Origin: Planctomycetota bacterium
Lineage (GTDB): Bacteria; Planctomycetota; PLA2; JAEUHO01
Length of the DNA: 64,000 nucleotides
NCBI GenBank assembly: GCA_965223505.1
Contig: CBDCWP010000013.1
Span: forward strand, 64,001-128,000
Direction of reading: 5' to 3'
Shown here: piece by piece, positions 40,103 to 50,711 of the stretch
Numbering within the stretch: the stretch's first letter is position 1
How the letters are laid out: every line of letters starts with the position of its first letter
The notes under the pieces: model-generated
What the model was told of the DNA's origin: nothing
Databases searched by the model: none
The model's input: the letters and a program-made list of their open reading frames with translations, nothing else
Position numbers and translations under genes: made by a program

Positions 40103-41011
40103 CTAGGCGAGCGCCGGCTCCAGGGCCAAAGACTCGCGATAATCGGGCTCAAAAATCTTCGTGGCCAGAACCTGGCAGCGCTTCATAAAACGATATTCAT
40201 CCGGACGATAGTCGGCGATGGCGCGATGGATCGTGCCAAAGTGCTCCCACAGCAAGACATCGCCCTCGGTCCAGGTGTAGCGATAGCGGAAGCGATCCTG
40301 CAGTTGGTGTTCAAACAGAAATGCCAGCGTCTCGTCGCTTTCCGACTGCGACATGCCATTAATTTTAATGGTGTAGCCCGGATTGGCGTACAGCACCTTG
40401 CGCCCCGTGATCGGATGCGTCAGACACACCGGATGGTTCACCACGGGCCGCATCTGGCGCTGCTCATCGGTGAGGGCAGGGCGGGTGCTGCCGTGGTTCT
40501 GCCGCATATTTTCCCAGAACTTTTCAAAGTCGTGCACGGCGGTGGCGTCCTGCAAGCGAGCCTTCAAATCCGCCGGCAGTTCTTCGTACGCCTGATGCAT
40601 ATTGGAAAATTCCGTGCCGCCCAGGGGGCGGCCGTCACGGCGCGGAACCCGAATGCCATACAGGACGTTGACAAAGCCCATGACGTCGCGGTACGACATG
40701 TCCGTATGCCAGTCTTGCCCGGCGTCGGGCGCGCCGATATAGGCGTCGTTTTGCTTGATATTCGACAAAATGCCCACGCCGGCGGGCTCGGCGGTTTTGC
40801 GTTTGCTGACCGAGCCTTGAATATCGCCAAAACGCTCGGAAAACGCCTTTAAATCCTCGGATTCAATTTGCTGCGCGGGGAAGCGCAACACGCCGTACTC
40901 GCCCAGCGCCATGATAATGCGCCGAAAGTCGTCATTGCTCAGCGGCTGCGACAGATCGATGCCCTCGATGGTCGCGCCAAGCGTCTCTCCAGTCGGTGTC
41001 ACGGTTAGCAT
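40103..41011 (-). CDS. TauD/TfdA 2-oxoglutarate/Fe(II) dioxygenase
   Basis: WHTDMSY, GGTEF, HPVCLTHPITGRK, distal His in TIHRA. Confidence 0.92.
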   Translation of the reverse strand: MLTVTPTGETLGATIEGIDLSQPLSNDDFRRIIMALGEYGVLRFPAQQIESEDLKAFSERFGDIQGSVSKRKTAEPAGVGILSNIKQNDAYIGAPDAGQDWHTDMSYRDVMGFVNVLYGIRVPRRDGRPLGGTEFSNMHQAYEELPADLKARLQDATAVHDFEKFWENMRQNHGSTRPALTDEQRQMRPVVNHPVCLTHPITGRKVLYANPGYTIKINGMSQSESDETLAFLFEHQLQDRFRYRYTWTEGDVLLWEHFGTIHRAIADYRPDEYRFMKRCQVLATKIFEPDYRESLALEPALA

Positions 41012-41113
41012 CTCGAATTCATCCTCCAGCTCTTGAAGCATTGCCGCATGTCTCTTCATCAGGAGTTTAAACAACAGCGGGGCCCTTGTCTATAGTGTCC
41101 ATAGGGTTCAGCG

Positions 41114-41956
41114 TTATTCCGCCACCGTTGCCAGGCTCGCCGCCCACTGATCGAGTTTGGGCAACACCGCGTCAGCCGGCTCGGAATCGATGCTGATGAC
41201 GATGCGCTCAATACCAGCGTCCCGGTAGGCCGGCCATTCCGAGGCGTCGTGCTCGGCCCCAAAAGCCGTGATCGGCAACGTGCGGCCAGCGGCTTTTTCC
41301 ATCTCGCGAAACGCCGGCAGTTTATCGAGCAGGCGGTAGGTCGGACGCCGCGCGTGCGGAACCCAGCCGTCGCCGTAAGCCAGGGCGCGCCGCGCGCCGT
41401 AAGGCATGCCGCCGCCCACCAGCACGGGCGGGTGTGGGCGCTGAATCGGCTTCGGCCAGGTCATCATCGGCCCAAAATCGACGAACTGGCCATGGTATTC
41501 CGGTTTCGTCTGCGTCCAGATCGCCCGCATGGCCTCGATGCGCTCCCGCATTACCCGGTTGCGGCTGTTGAAATCCGTGCCGTGATCGGCCATTTCATCG
41601 GCGTTCCAGCCCGAGCCAATGCCGAACAAAAAGCGGCCGTTGGACACCTGGTCAATCGTCGCCACTTCCTTCGCCGTCTGAATGGGATCGCGCTGCGGCA
41701 CCAGGCAAATGCCGGTGGCGATCTTCAAGCGCGTGGTCACGGCCGCGGCCACGCCGAGCACGACGAAGGGGTCCATGACGTCATAGTATTTCTTGGGCAG
41801 ATCGCCGCCTTGCGGGAAGGCCGACTGGCGCGACAGGGGAATGTGGCTGTGCTCCGGCAGCCACAGCGATTCAAAGCCCCGCTCCTCCAACGCCAGCGCC
41901 AAATCCTTGGGCGGCATTGCGTAATCCGTGCAAAACATGGCCACGCCGACATGCAT
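41114..41956 (-). CDS. LLM-class, probably F420-dependent, oxidoreductase
   Basis: WLPEHSHIP, DPFVVL, QRDPIQTAKEVATIDQVSNGRFLFGIG, PKPIQRPHPP. Confidence 0.92.
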   Translation of the reverse strand: MHVGVAMFCTDYAMPPKDLALALEERGFESLWLPEHSHIPLSRQSAFPQGGDLPKKYYDVMDPFVVLGVAAAVTTRLKIATGICLVPQRDPIQTAKEVATIDQVSNGRFLFGIGSGWNADEMADHGTDFNSRNRVMRERIEAMRAIWTQTKPEYHGQFVDFGPMMTWPKPIQRPHPPVLVGGGMPYGARRALAYGDGWVPHARRPTYRLLDKLPAFREMEKAAGRTLPITAFGAEHDASEWPAYRDAGIERIVISIDSEPADAVLPKLDQWAASLATVAE

Positions 41957-42146
41957 AGACAACACTCCCCGATGCTGATTTGCGTCCACAACGAAAACCG
42001 TCAAAGTTGACGCCATCGCACCATATAATCGCTGCGAAGTCAATGCCGATTGCGCCCAGGCGCCGCGCATCTTGACTCCGGCTGGACATCGCGAAAGAAT
42101 GGCGTCGAGAACCGATCAGCAGCCACCAGCATGAGGAGAACATGAT

Positions 42147-43071
<925 letters not shown>

Positions 43072-43185
43072 CGGGATCAGGCGTTGTGCGTCAGGTTGGC
43101 CAGTGATAACATGCGTCCCACATGGCTTATGGCTTGCCACATGGCCTATGGCTTGAATGTGACGCGAGATGAATAAGGACAGAAG

Positions 43186-44256
43186 ATGCGCACCCACAAA
43201 ATTGCCGCCATTCCCGGCGACGGCATCGGCAAGGAAGTGATCTCCGCTGGCCTGGAAGTCCTGGCCGCCCTGGCTCAGCATAGCGGCGAGTTCGAACTCG
43301 ACATCCAGCATTTTGATTGGGGATCGGACCGCTACAAAACCCAGGGCGCGCTGATGCCCGAAGACGGCGCCGACCAGCTCAAAGCCTTTGACGCCATTTT
43401 ATTTGGGGCCGTGGGGGCGCCCGACGTGCCCGATCATCTCACCTTGTGGGGCTTGCGCCTGGCCATTTGCCAGAGCCTCGATCAATACGCCAACGTCAGA
43501 CCGACGCGTATCCTGCCGGGCATCACCAGCCCGTTGCGCCACGCCACAGCGCAAAATCTCGACTGGGTTATCGTGCGCGAAAACTCCGAGGGCGAATACG
43601 CCGGCCAGGGTGGGCGCTCGCACCGCGGCTTGCCGGAGGAAGTCGCCACCGAGGTCTCGATTTTTACGCGCAGCGGCGTCGAGCGCATTATGCGTTTCGC
43701 CTTCGAACTGGCGCGCTCGCGTCCCCGCAAACAACTCACCGTGGTCACCAAGTCAAACGCCCAGCGCCACGGCATGGTGATGTGGGACGACATCGCCGCG
43801 CAAGTGGCGGCAGCCTATCCCGATGTCACGTGGGACAAGATGCTAGTCGACGCCATGACCGTGCGCATGACCATGAAGCCCGAGACCATTGATACGGTGG
43901 TGGCGACCAATCTGCACGCGGATATTCTGTCCGACCTGGCCGCAGCGCTAGCGGGCTCGATTGGCATCGCCCCGACCGCGAACGTCAACCCGGAGCGCCA
44001 TTACCCGTCTATGTTCGAGCCCATTCATGGCTCGGCCTTCGACATTACGGGCAAGGGCGTGGCCAATCCCATTGGGACATTCTGGAGCGCAGTGATGATG
44101 CTGGAGCATCTCGGCGAGACGTCTGCGGCGGCTTCCCTGATGCAGGGGATTGAGCAGGTCACGGCCGACGCCTCGCTGCATACGCCCGATCTGGGCGGCG
44201 ACGCCACGACTTACGCCGTTACGGATGCAGTGGTCAGCGCCGTCAATCGCATGTAA
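43186..44256 (+). CDS. ttuC: Tartrate dehydrogenase / D-malate dehydrogenase (decarboxylating)
   Basis: IPGDGIGKEV, RENSEGEY, TKSNAQ, NLHADILSDL, SMFEPIHGSAFDI. Confidence 0.88.
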   Translation: MRTHKIAAIPGDGIGKEVISAGLEVLAALAQHSGEFELDIQHFDWGSDRYKTQGALMPEDGADQLKAFDAILFGAVGAPDVPDHLTLWGLRLAICQSLDQYANVRPTRILPGITSPLRHATAQNLDWVIVRENSEGEYAGQGGRSHRGLPEEVATEVSIFTRSGVERIMRFAFELARSRPRKQLTVVTKSNAQRHGMVMWDDIAAQVAAAYPDVTWDKMLVDAMTVRMTMKPETIDTVVATNLHADILSDLAAALAGSIGIAPTANVNPERHYPSMFEPIHGSAFDITGKGVANPIGTFWSAVMMLEHLGETSAAASLMQGIEQVTADASLHTPDLGGDATTYAVTDAVVSAVNRM

Positions 44257-44277
44257 TCTTGAAAGGTATACAAGGGA

Positions 44278-45114
44278 ATGGAGACGAACGCTTTCGATGC
44301 GCATGCCTTTAGCGCTTTTGAGCATGAGGGCTGGAATAGCCTTGCGGAAACCTATCAAGGCGCTATTGCGTTAATGACGAGACAAGCTACCGAGTCTCTA
44401 CTCGATGCAGCAGGGGTTGCCCAGGGGAAACACACGCTGGATATCGCCTGTGGGCCGGGGTTTATGACCGCAGCCGCCAAGCAACGCCAAGCAGAGGCGG
44501 TGGGGCTGGATTTCTCGGAAGAGATGGTGCGGCTTGCGCAACGTGAATACCCCGACGTCCTTTTTCGTCAGGGAGATGCAGAGGCAATTCCCTTTCAAGA
44601 TGCCTCGTTTGATGCCGTTATTTGTGGGTTTGACATCTTGCATTTCCCGCATCCTGAGCAGGCCGTCCAGGAGGCCTATCGCATCCTACGACCAGGGGGA
44701 AAACTCGCTTTTACCTGCTGGCTTCCACCCGCGAAATCCCCTCTCTACGCTTTGGTTTTTGGTGCGCTTCAAGCTCATGTCGATCCTGCAACGCCCGTCC
44801 CGCCTGGGCCCGATATGTTTCATTATGGAAACGAAAAGCATTGTCACGAGACATTAGACCAAATCGGTTTTACAGAGATAGAGACTCAAGAACTCCCCAT
44901 CATAGCGAGACTCGAACGGGCTGAGGATGTGGTGCGGGTTTTTCGTGAAGGTGCAGCGAGATTTTATGGTGTCTTTGAACGCCAGACAGAAGCTATTCAG
45001 AATCGTATTGTGCAGCAAATTACGGAAGACGCCACGGCTTATCAGCAAGGCGGGAATATTCAAATCCCCGCCCCCGCCTTGCTTGTCGACGCCAAGAAAC
45101 CCATCAATGTCTAG
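44278..45114 (+). CDS. Class I SAM-dependent methyltransferase (UbiE-like)
   Basis: LDIACGPG, GLDFS, GDAEAIPF, ILRPGG; AT-richer codons. Confidence 0.9.
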   Translation: METNAFDAHAFSAFEHEGWNSLAETYQGAIALMTRQATESLLDAAGVAQGKHTLDIACGPGFMTAAAKQRQAEAVGLDFSEEMVRLAQREYPDVLFRQGDAEAIPFQDASFDAVICGFDILHFPHPEQAVQEAYRILRPGGKLAFTCWLPPAKSPLYALVFGALQAHVDPATPVPPGPDMFHYGNEKHCHETLDQIGFTEIETQELPIIARLERAEDVVRVFREGAARFYGVFERQTEAIQNRIVQQITEDATAYQQGGNIQIPAPALLVDAKKPINV

Positions 45115-45400
45115 GCGCGCATCTCAGACGGATCAACACGTGGTGTTAGGAGAGGCGCCTCTCCGGGATCGGATGGCGGCGCCGGCCATTGGTTTTCAAA
45201 CTCCATGGACGCGATGCTTACCACGGGGCCGCGGCGATTGTCTCAGAAGCCAGCATTCGGCCTGCCTCAACTACGGCAACGCCGCAAAGGGGCGCGTCGC
45301 GATCCGATCCACATGGCCTACGCCCCCTAGCCAGTCCCCAAACTCGTGGCGTTATCTAGACGCATGATGTCTCTGGAAAGCCAAGCGCAAGCTGATTAAC

Positions 45401-45430
45401 TTGACAGCATCGGGCGCCAAACCTTACAGT
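45401..45430 (+). promoter_or_regulatory. Putative sigma70 promoter of the ferredoxin reductase gene
   Basis: TTGACA, 18 nt, TACAGT, ~120 nt upstream of ATG 45552. Confidence 0.45.
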
Positions 45431-45551
45431 AAAAAGACACTACTAGCGATGCATATTCTACGCATGCTCGCCAGACTTGCGTCGCTGTCCATAGATTTTT
45501 ACCGAGACGTTATACCGACATATCACTTCACGCACATATAAGGAATACCGA

Positions 45552-46964
45552 ATGACGCAACCCGGTACGGAGACGAATCCCCTGCGCGTCGCCATCATTG
45601 GGGCGGGGCCCAGCGGTTTTTATGTGGCCGAGCATCTGCTGCAACAACAAGATGCCGTCGTTGAAATTGATTTATTCGATCGCCTGCCAACGCCCTACGG
45701 CCTGGTGCGCGGCGGCGTCGCCCCGGATCACCAAAAGATTAAATCCGTCACCCGAACTTACGAAAAAACCGCGCAAAACCCGCGCGTGCGCTTTTACGGC
45801 GGGGTGGAATTCGGCTCGCATATGCCCCTCTCCCTGTGCCGTCACTTGTACCATCAAATCGTCTACACCACCGGGGCGCAAACCGACCGGCAGATGGGCA
45901 TTCCGGGCGAAGATCTGCTGGGCAGCCACCCGGCCACGGCGTTTGTCGCCTGGTACAATGGGCATCCGGATTTTCGCGACTTGACGTTTGACTTTTCCCA
46001 TCCCTGCGCCGCGGTGGTCGGCGTGGGTAATGTGGCGGTGGACGTGGCGCGCATTTTGTGCCGCACAACGGACGAATTAGCCAAGACGGACATCGCCGAT
46101 TACGCCCTGGAAGCTTTGAGTGAAAGCAAGATCAAGGAAGTGCATATGCTCGGGCGCCGCGGGCCAGCGCAGGCCGCCTTTACCAACCCGGAGCTGCGGG
46201 AACTGGGCGAATTGGCCGGCGCCGATGTCTCGACGCCGCCCGACGAGGCGACGCTCGATCCCTTGAGCCAAGCGGCGTTGGAGGCTGGCGAGGATCGCGG
46301 CATGGCGCGTAAAGTGGCGATGATTAGCGACTATGCGCAGCGCGAATTAACTGGCAAAGCGCGCAAGCTGGTCCTCCGGTTTCTCGTCTCGCCTACGGAA
46401 CTCTACGGCGACGACGCCAATCAACTGACCGGCATGCGCTTGGTCCACAATGAGCTGTACGCCACAGACGACGGCAGCTTGCGGCCCCGCGCCACGGACC
46501 GGACGGAAGACCTCCCGGTCGGCCTGGTGTTTCGCTCCGTCGGCTATCAAGGCGTGCCGTTGCCGGACGTGCCGTTTGATACGCGCCGCTACACGATCCC
46601 GAACGACAAGGGCCGGGTGCTCGACCCTGAAACCAGCCAGCACGTGCTGGGCGAGTATGTCGCGGGCTGGATCAAGCGCGGCCCCTCGGGCGTCATCGGC
46701 ACCAATAAGCCCGACGCCTTGGAAACGGTGCGCTGCATGCTGGAGGATCTGCAAAGCGGCCAGGTCTTGTGTCCCAATGCGCCGTCGCCGGAAGAGGCGG
46801 CGCGGCAGATTCGCGAGCAACAGCCCCGGTTCGTGTCGTTTGACGATTGGCTGCGGCTCGACGCCATGGAGGTCGAGCAGGGCAAGCTGGCTGGCCGGCC
46901 GCGCGTTAAGTTTACGCGTGTGAGCGATATGCTGGCGGCCCTCAACGGCTCGTCAGTGAGCTAG
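45552..46964 (+). CDS. fprA: NADPH-ferredoxin reductase, adrenodoxin-reductase type (FprA-like)
   Basis: IIGAGPSGFY, PYGLVRGGVAPDH, GVGNVAVDVARIL, GRRGP, GWIKRGPSGVIGTNK. Confidence 0.9.
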   Translation: MTQPGTETNPLRVAIIGAGPSGFYVAEHLLQQQDAVVEIDLFDRLPTPYGLVRGGVAPDHQKIKSVTRTYEKTAQNPRVRFYGGVEFGSHMPLSLCRHLYHQIVYTTGAQTDRQMGIPGEDLLGSHPATAFVAWYNGHPDFRDLTFDFSHPCAAVVGVGNVAVDVARILCRTTDELAKTDIADYALEALSESKIKEVHMLGRRGPAQAAFTNPELRELGELAGADVSTPPDEATLDPLSQAALEAGEDRGMARKVAMISDYAQRELTGKARKLVLRFLVSPTELYGDDANQLTGMRLVHNELYATDDGSLRPRATDRTEDLPVGLVFRSVGYQGVPLPDVPFDTRRYTIPNDKGRVLDPETSQHVLGEYVAGWIKRGPSGVIGTNKPDALETVRCMLEDLQSGQVLCPNAPSPEEAARQIREQQPRFVSFDDWLRLDAMEVEQGKLAGRPRVKFTRVSDMLAALNGSSVS

Positions 46965-47279
46965 ACGACATATCCCCCCATCCGGCCTCGCCCGTTCATT
47001 ACGCAAGCGGCGCGAGGCCGCCACCATGATCTTTGCTTCTCTCTCTGCGCCAGTGATCTTATCCGCAAGACATTCCCCCATCGAATTCTTACAACTGAGA
47101 TGCCCCCCGAGGCCGTTTTGCCCCGCTGACGGTGTGAGCCCCGTCACAGGCCTGGATATTTCTTGAAATTCGTCCCCCACATCCACTGTGGCACGCGAAT
47201 TGCTCAAATAACGATTCAAATTGATTTTTTCAACTTCATATATTGATATTTGTTGACCACAGAGAGAGAGTAGAACATC

Positions 47280-47633
47280 ATGATTCCCAAACCGCTTTTT
47301 CAAGCTTCCCATATTATCAAGCAGCTCGAAGCGCACGTATGCCAAATCCGAGTTGAAGAGCATGCCCTTGTCATCCACGATCCCAAAAAGCTGCTGACGA
47401 CCGAACTCCGCGATCAAGTCAAACAACACAAATTATCCATTCTCGCCATGCTCATGCGCGGCGCCCTGTTGCGCCTGGTGCAGGTGCTCGACATGTCGCA
47501 GCCCGAAATTCCCGTGGGGATTAAAGACGAATACGCCGCCGCCTTGCTGTCGGCCATTCGCATGGTCGGCGATCCCTGGGACGGCGACGACGACGGCGAC
47601 GGCAGTATTGATTTGTGGACCGAAGAAGAATGA
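47280..47633 (+). CDS. Small hypothetical protein with TubC N-terminal docking-domain-like region
   Basis: IIKQLEAHVCQIRVEEHALVIHDPKKLLTTELRDQVKQHKLSILAML pattern; acidic tail. Confidence 0.7.
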   Translation: MIPKPLFQASHIIKQLEAHVCQIRVEEHALVIHDPKKLLTTELRDQVKQHKLSILAMLMRGALLRLVQVLDMSQPEIPVGIKDEYAAALLSAIRMVGDPWDGDDDGDGSIDLWTEEE

Positions 47634-47652
47634 TAACGCTTTTATTTTTTTG

Positions 47653-48960
47653 CTATGCGCCCACCGCAGGTTGGTATTTGAGTGAATAGCGCCGCTCTTG
47701 CACGGCCCAACTCACAGCGCTCGCCAACAGCAACAAGATAATGACAGCGACAAACACCGCGTGGTAAGACCCCCTCACGTCGAAGAGTCGGCCGGCGAGA
47801 TACGTACTCGCCGCCCCGCCGATCTGGTGGCTTAAAAACACGAAGCCCACCAGCGTGCCCATGTGTCGCAGGCCATAGATTTCGCCAGTCAGGGCAATCG
47901 TCAGAGGCACGGATGAAGACCATGACAGCCCGGCCACCATGGCGAAGCCGTAGAGCATCCAGGGCGTGTCGGCGACCAAGAGCACGGCGATGGCCAGCGC
48001 GCGAACGAAGTAGATCGTCGCCAGGGGGATTTTGCGGCCGATGCGATCCGAGATCATGCCGCCCAACAGCAATCCTACGATGTTAAAACCGCCCAACAGC
48101 CCCAGGGCTGTGGCCGCGACGTTGGGGGCAATGCCGCGATCCGTGACATAGGACACGAAGTGGGTCTGCACCATGACCAGGGAGCAGCCGCAGACGAAAA
48201 AGCCGCTGACTAAAAACCAAAAGGGGCGCGAGGCGAACACCCCATGCCACTGCTCGGGCTCTAGAGGGGCCCGCGCCGGGGGCTTTGCCGCCGCTGCCGG
48301 CTGCTCCGTGGGCGAGGGTGGATCGCCGTCGGGTAACAGACCCATCTCTTGCGGCGTGTTGCGCAGAATAAGCGCGGCGATCGGTAAGGCCACCGCCAGA
48401 ACCAGAGCGCCCAAGACGAGATAGGCCATACGCCAACTGGTTTGCATCATGAGCATCATGCTCGCCGGAATGAGCAGCAGTTGACCCACCGAGCCGCCAG
48501 CGTTGCTAATAGCCAGGACGCGGCCGCGCAGCCGCACGAACCAACGCGAATTGAGGGTGCTGTTGGGAATCCCTCCAGCGCAACTCGTGCCTAGGGCGAA
48601 CAGAATGCCGTATACCCCAGTGAGGTACCAAATATTGGGTGTGCGCGACACGGCCAGGCAACTGAGCGCCAGCATGGCGACGCCAATGGTGATGAGACGG
48701 CGCGGCCCATAGCGATCGACCAGGCGTCCCACAATGGGCTGAAAGATGCCGCTCATCAGCGTTGCCACAGCGATCGGCAGGGTGGCTGTGGCCCGATCCC
48801 AACCGAACTCAGCGCTTATCGGCTTGATAAAATTGCCAAAGCTCCCCTGGATGCCCTGGGCGAAAAAGGCGAGCAAAAACGACGTGCCGAGAATCATCCA
48901 TCCATAGAAAAAGGCCGGCTCGCGGCTTGCCGCCGCGCCAGGCGTGGTCGAGCGTTTCAT
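47653..48960 (-). CDS. MFS transporter (OFA/MCT-like, 12 TM)
   Basis: FFYGW, GRLVDRYGPR, SRWFVRLRG, GMISDRIGRK. Confidence 0.92.
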   Translation of the reverse strand: MKRSTTPGAAASREPAFFYGWMILGTSFLLAFFAQGIQGSFGNFIKPISAEFGWDRATATLPIAVATLMSGIFQPIVGRLVDRYGPRRLITIGVAMLALSCLAVSRTPNIWYLTGVYGILFALGTSCAGGIPNSTLNSRWFVRLRGRVLAISNAGGSVGQLLLIPASMMLMMQTSWRMAYLVLGALVLAVALPIAALILRNTPQEMGLLPDGDPPSPTEQPAAAAKPPARAPLEPEQWHGVFASRPFWFLVSGFFVCGCSLVMVQTHFVSYVTDRGIAPNVAATALGLLGGFNIVGLLLGGMISDRIGRKIPLATIYFVRALAIAVLLVADTPWMLYGFAMVAGLSWSSSVPLTIALTGEIYGLRHMGTLVGFVFLSHQIGGAASTYLAGRLFDVRGSYHAVFVAVIILLLLASAVSWAVQERRYSLKYQPAVGA

Positions 48961-49025
48961 CCAGGGGGTCCTTCATTTAGGCAATTAAGCGCTTCAGGTT
49001 ATCGATGTACAACTTCACAACAAGC

Positions 49026-50438
49026 CTACGCCCACCACTCGGGCGGATGCAGATTATGCCAATCAGTAGCGCGTTCGTAGGCGTCGCCGGCCTGCACCAA
49101 CAACGGCTCGGCCAAGGCGTGGCCGGTCAATTGCAACGACAGCGGCACACCTGCTTCGGAGAGGCCGCAGGGCAGGGAAATCGTCGGCAAGCCGGCAAAA
49201 TCCATCGGCACGGTATAGCGCGACTGCCACGGATCGCGGTCCGGCGGCATGGGGCCGTAGGCCTGTTCGAGGGTGTAGGGATAGGCGGCCTGCGACGTCG
49301 AGGGGCAGGCGAACAGATCGAGATCGCGCATCATCAACCGCAGTTCGCCCACGCAGGCGGCGCGCAGGTTGTTGGCCTGGGCGTAATCAGCTCCCGTGAC
49401 GGCGGCGCCGCGTTCTAGCCAGCCGCGAAACCAGGGGCCGTAGACCTCGGCGCGACTCGGATAGGTGTCGCGGTGCGCATTGAGCGCCTCGCTGGTGCAG
49501 AGAGTCGGCCAGGCGGCGAGGTATTCCAGCAGGCGAGCGGGCATCGACACGGGGACAATGACGGCCCCGAGGCCCTCCAGCACCCGCACGCCCTCGACCA
49601 CAGCCTGGGCGAAATCGGGCGCCATGTCGCGGGTGGCGTAGGCTTCGTCCCAGCCGATGCGCAGGCCGCGCACACCCTGACCCACTCCGGCCAGCATGTC
49701 GGGAACCGGATCGGGCAGTGAGGTCGGGTCGTTGGGGTCGAGGCCGGCGATGGCCTGCAGCACGATGCCCGCGTCGGCGCTGCTGCGCGTCAACGGCCCG
49801 ACGTGATCGAGCGATTCCGCCAAGTCCAAGACGCCGTAGCGGCTCACCCGGCCCCAAGTCGGCTTTAAGCCCACGGTTCCGCAAACTGCAGCCGGGTGGC
49901 GAATCGAGCCGCCCGTGTCGCTGCCTAGCGTGCCGTAGGCCAGCCCCGCCGCTGTGGCCGCCCCCGAACCGCTCGACGACGCCCCAGGCCAGTGGCTGGC
50001 TTTCCAGGGATTTTCCGGCACTTGCAAGGCCGGGTTGTAGCCCGCCATGGCGCCTTCGGTCGTGTTCAGCTTGCCGAGCAGCACGGCGCCGGCGTCTTGC
50101 AGGCGCTGCACCACCGTGGCGTTGAAACTGGGCACGAGATCGGCGTTGACGGCGCTGCCACCCATAGTGCGCACGCCCGCCGTGAAACACAGGTCCTTGA
50201 CCGCCACCGGCACGCCGTGCAGCGGTCCGCGGTAGGCGCCGGCGACGATGTCGCGCTCGGCGGCGCGCGCCTGCGCCATGGCCTGCTCAGCCATGACGGT
50301 GGCGTAGGCGCGCAGGCGGCCGTCGACCGCTTCGATGCGCCGTAACATCGCCTCGGTGACCTCCACCGGCGACAGCGCCTTGGATTCAAGCAGCGGCGCC
50401 AGTTCGGTAATGGTGTGGTAATGCAGTGCCTCGCTCAT
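49026..50438 (-). CDS. Amidase signature family enzyme
   Basis: GPLHGVPVAVKDL, GASSSGSG, GSDTGGSIR, GLKPTWGRVSRYG. Confidence 0.94.
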   Translation of the reverse strand: MSEALHYHTITELAPLLESKALSPVEVTEAMLRRIEAVDGRLRAYATVMAEQAMAQARAAERDIVAGAYRGPLHGVPVAVKDLCFTAGVRTMGGSAVNADLVPSFNATVVQRLQDAGAVLLGKLNTTEGAMAGYNPALQVPENPWKASHWPGASSSGSGAATAAGLAYGTLGSDTGGSIRHPAAVCGTVGLKPTWGRVSRYGVLDLAESLDHVGPLTRSSADAGIVLQAIAGLDPNDPTSLPDPVPDMLAGVGQGVRGLRIGWDEAYATRDMAPDFAQAVVEGVRVLEGLGAVIVPVSMPARLLEYLAAWPTLCTSEALNAHRDTYPSRAEVYGPWFRGWLERGAAVTGADYAQANNLRAACVGELRLMMRDLDLFACPSTSQAAYPYTLEQAYGPMPPDRDPWQSRYTVPMDFAGLPTISLPCGLSEAGVPLSLQLTGHALAEPLLVQAGDAYERATDWHNLHPPEWWA

Positions 50439-50657
50439 GTGATGCCCTCGTTTTGCATACAGGTGGCCGATCGCGCGCGGAAATTCAGGCTATATCCTAT
50501 CACCATCGCAGCGCCAGAGATAGATGCCGCCGTTTTTTTGCCGGGCCGTCACGGCCATTTACACACGCCTCGCCACGTAAAATCCTCTTGTAAAGCAACG
50601 AGCCTAGGTGTAAGGTGAGAAGGTGACAAGCGCTTAAAGAACACGTTGGTTGGCTCT

Positions 50658-50700
50658 CGGAGCAACACAGACCGGAGTAACACAGACCGGAGAACCCAGA
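50658..50700 (+). repeat. Tandem 15-bp repeat x3 in the 5' leader of the His-rich gene
   Basis: CGGAGCAACACAGAC / CGGAGTAACACAGAC / CGGAG-AACCCAGA. Confidence 0.8.
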
Positions 50701-50711
50701 AAGGGTAAACT

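Noticed and set aside
45114..45400. Integron attC site or ncRNA after the methyltransferase
   Set aside because: No matching RYYYAAC/GTTRRRY pair with a long imperfect stem, and no integrase in the window
50658..50700. Possible mini-CRISPR array
   Set aside because: 15-bp units are contiguous with no spacers, and no cas genes are present
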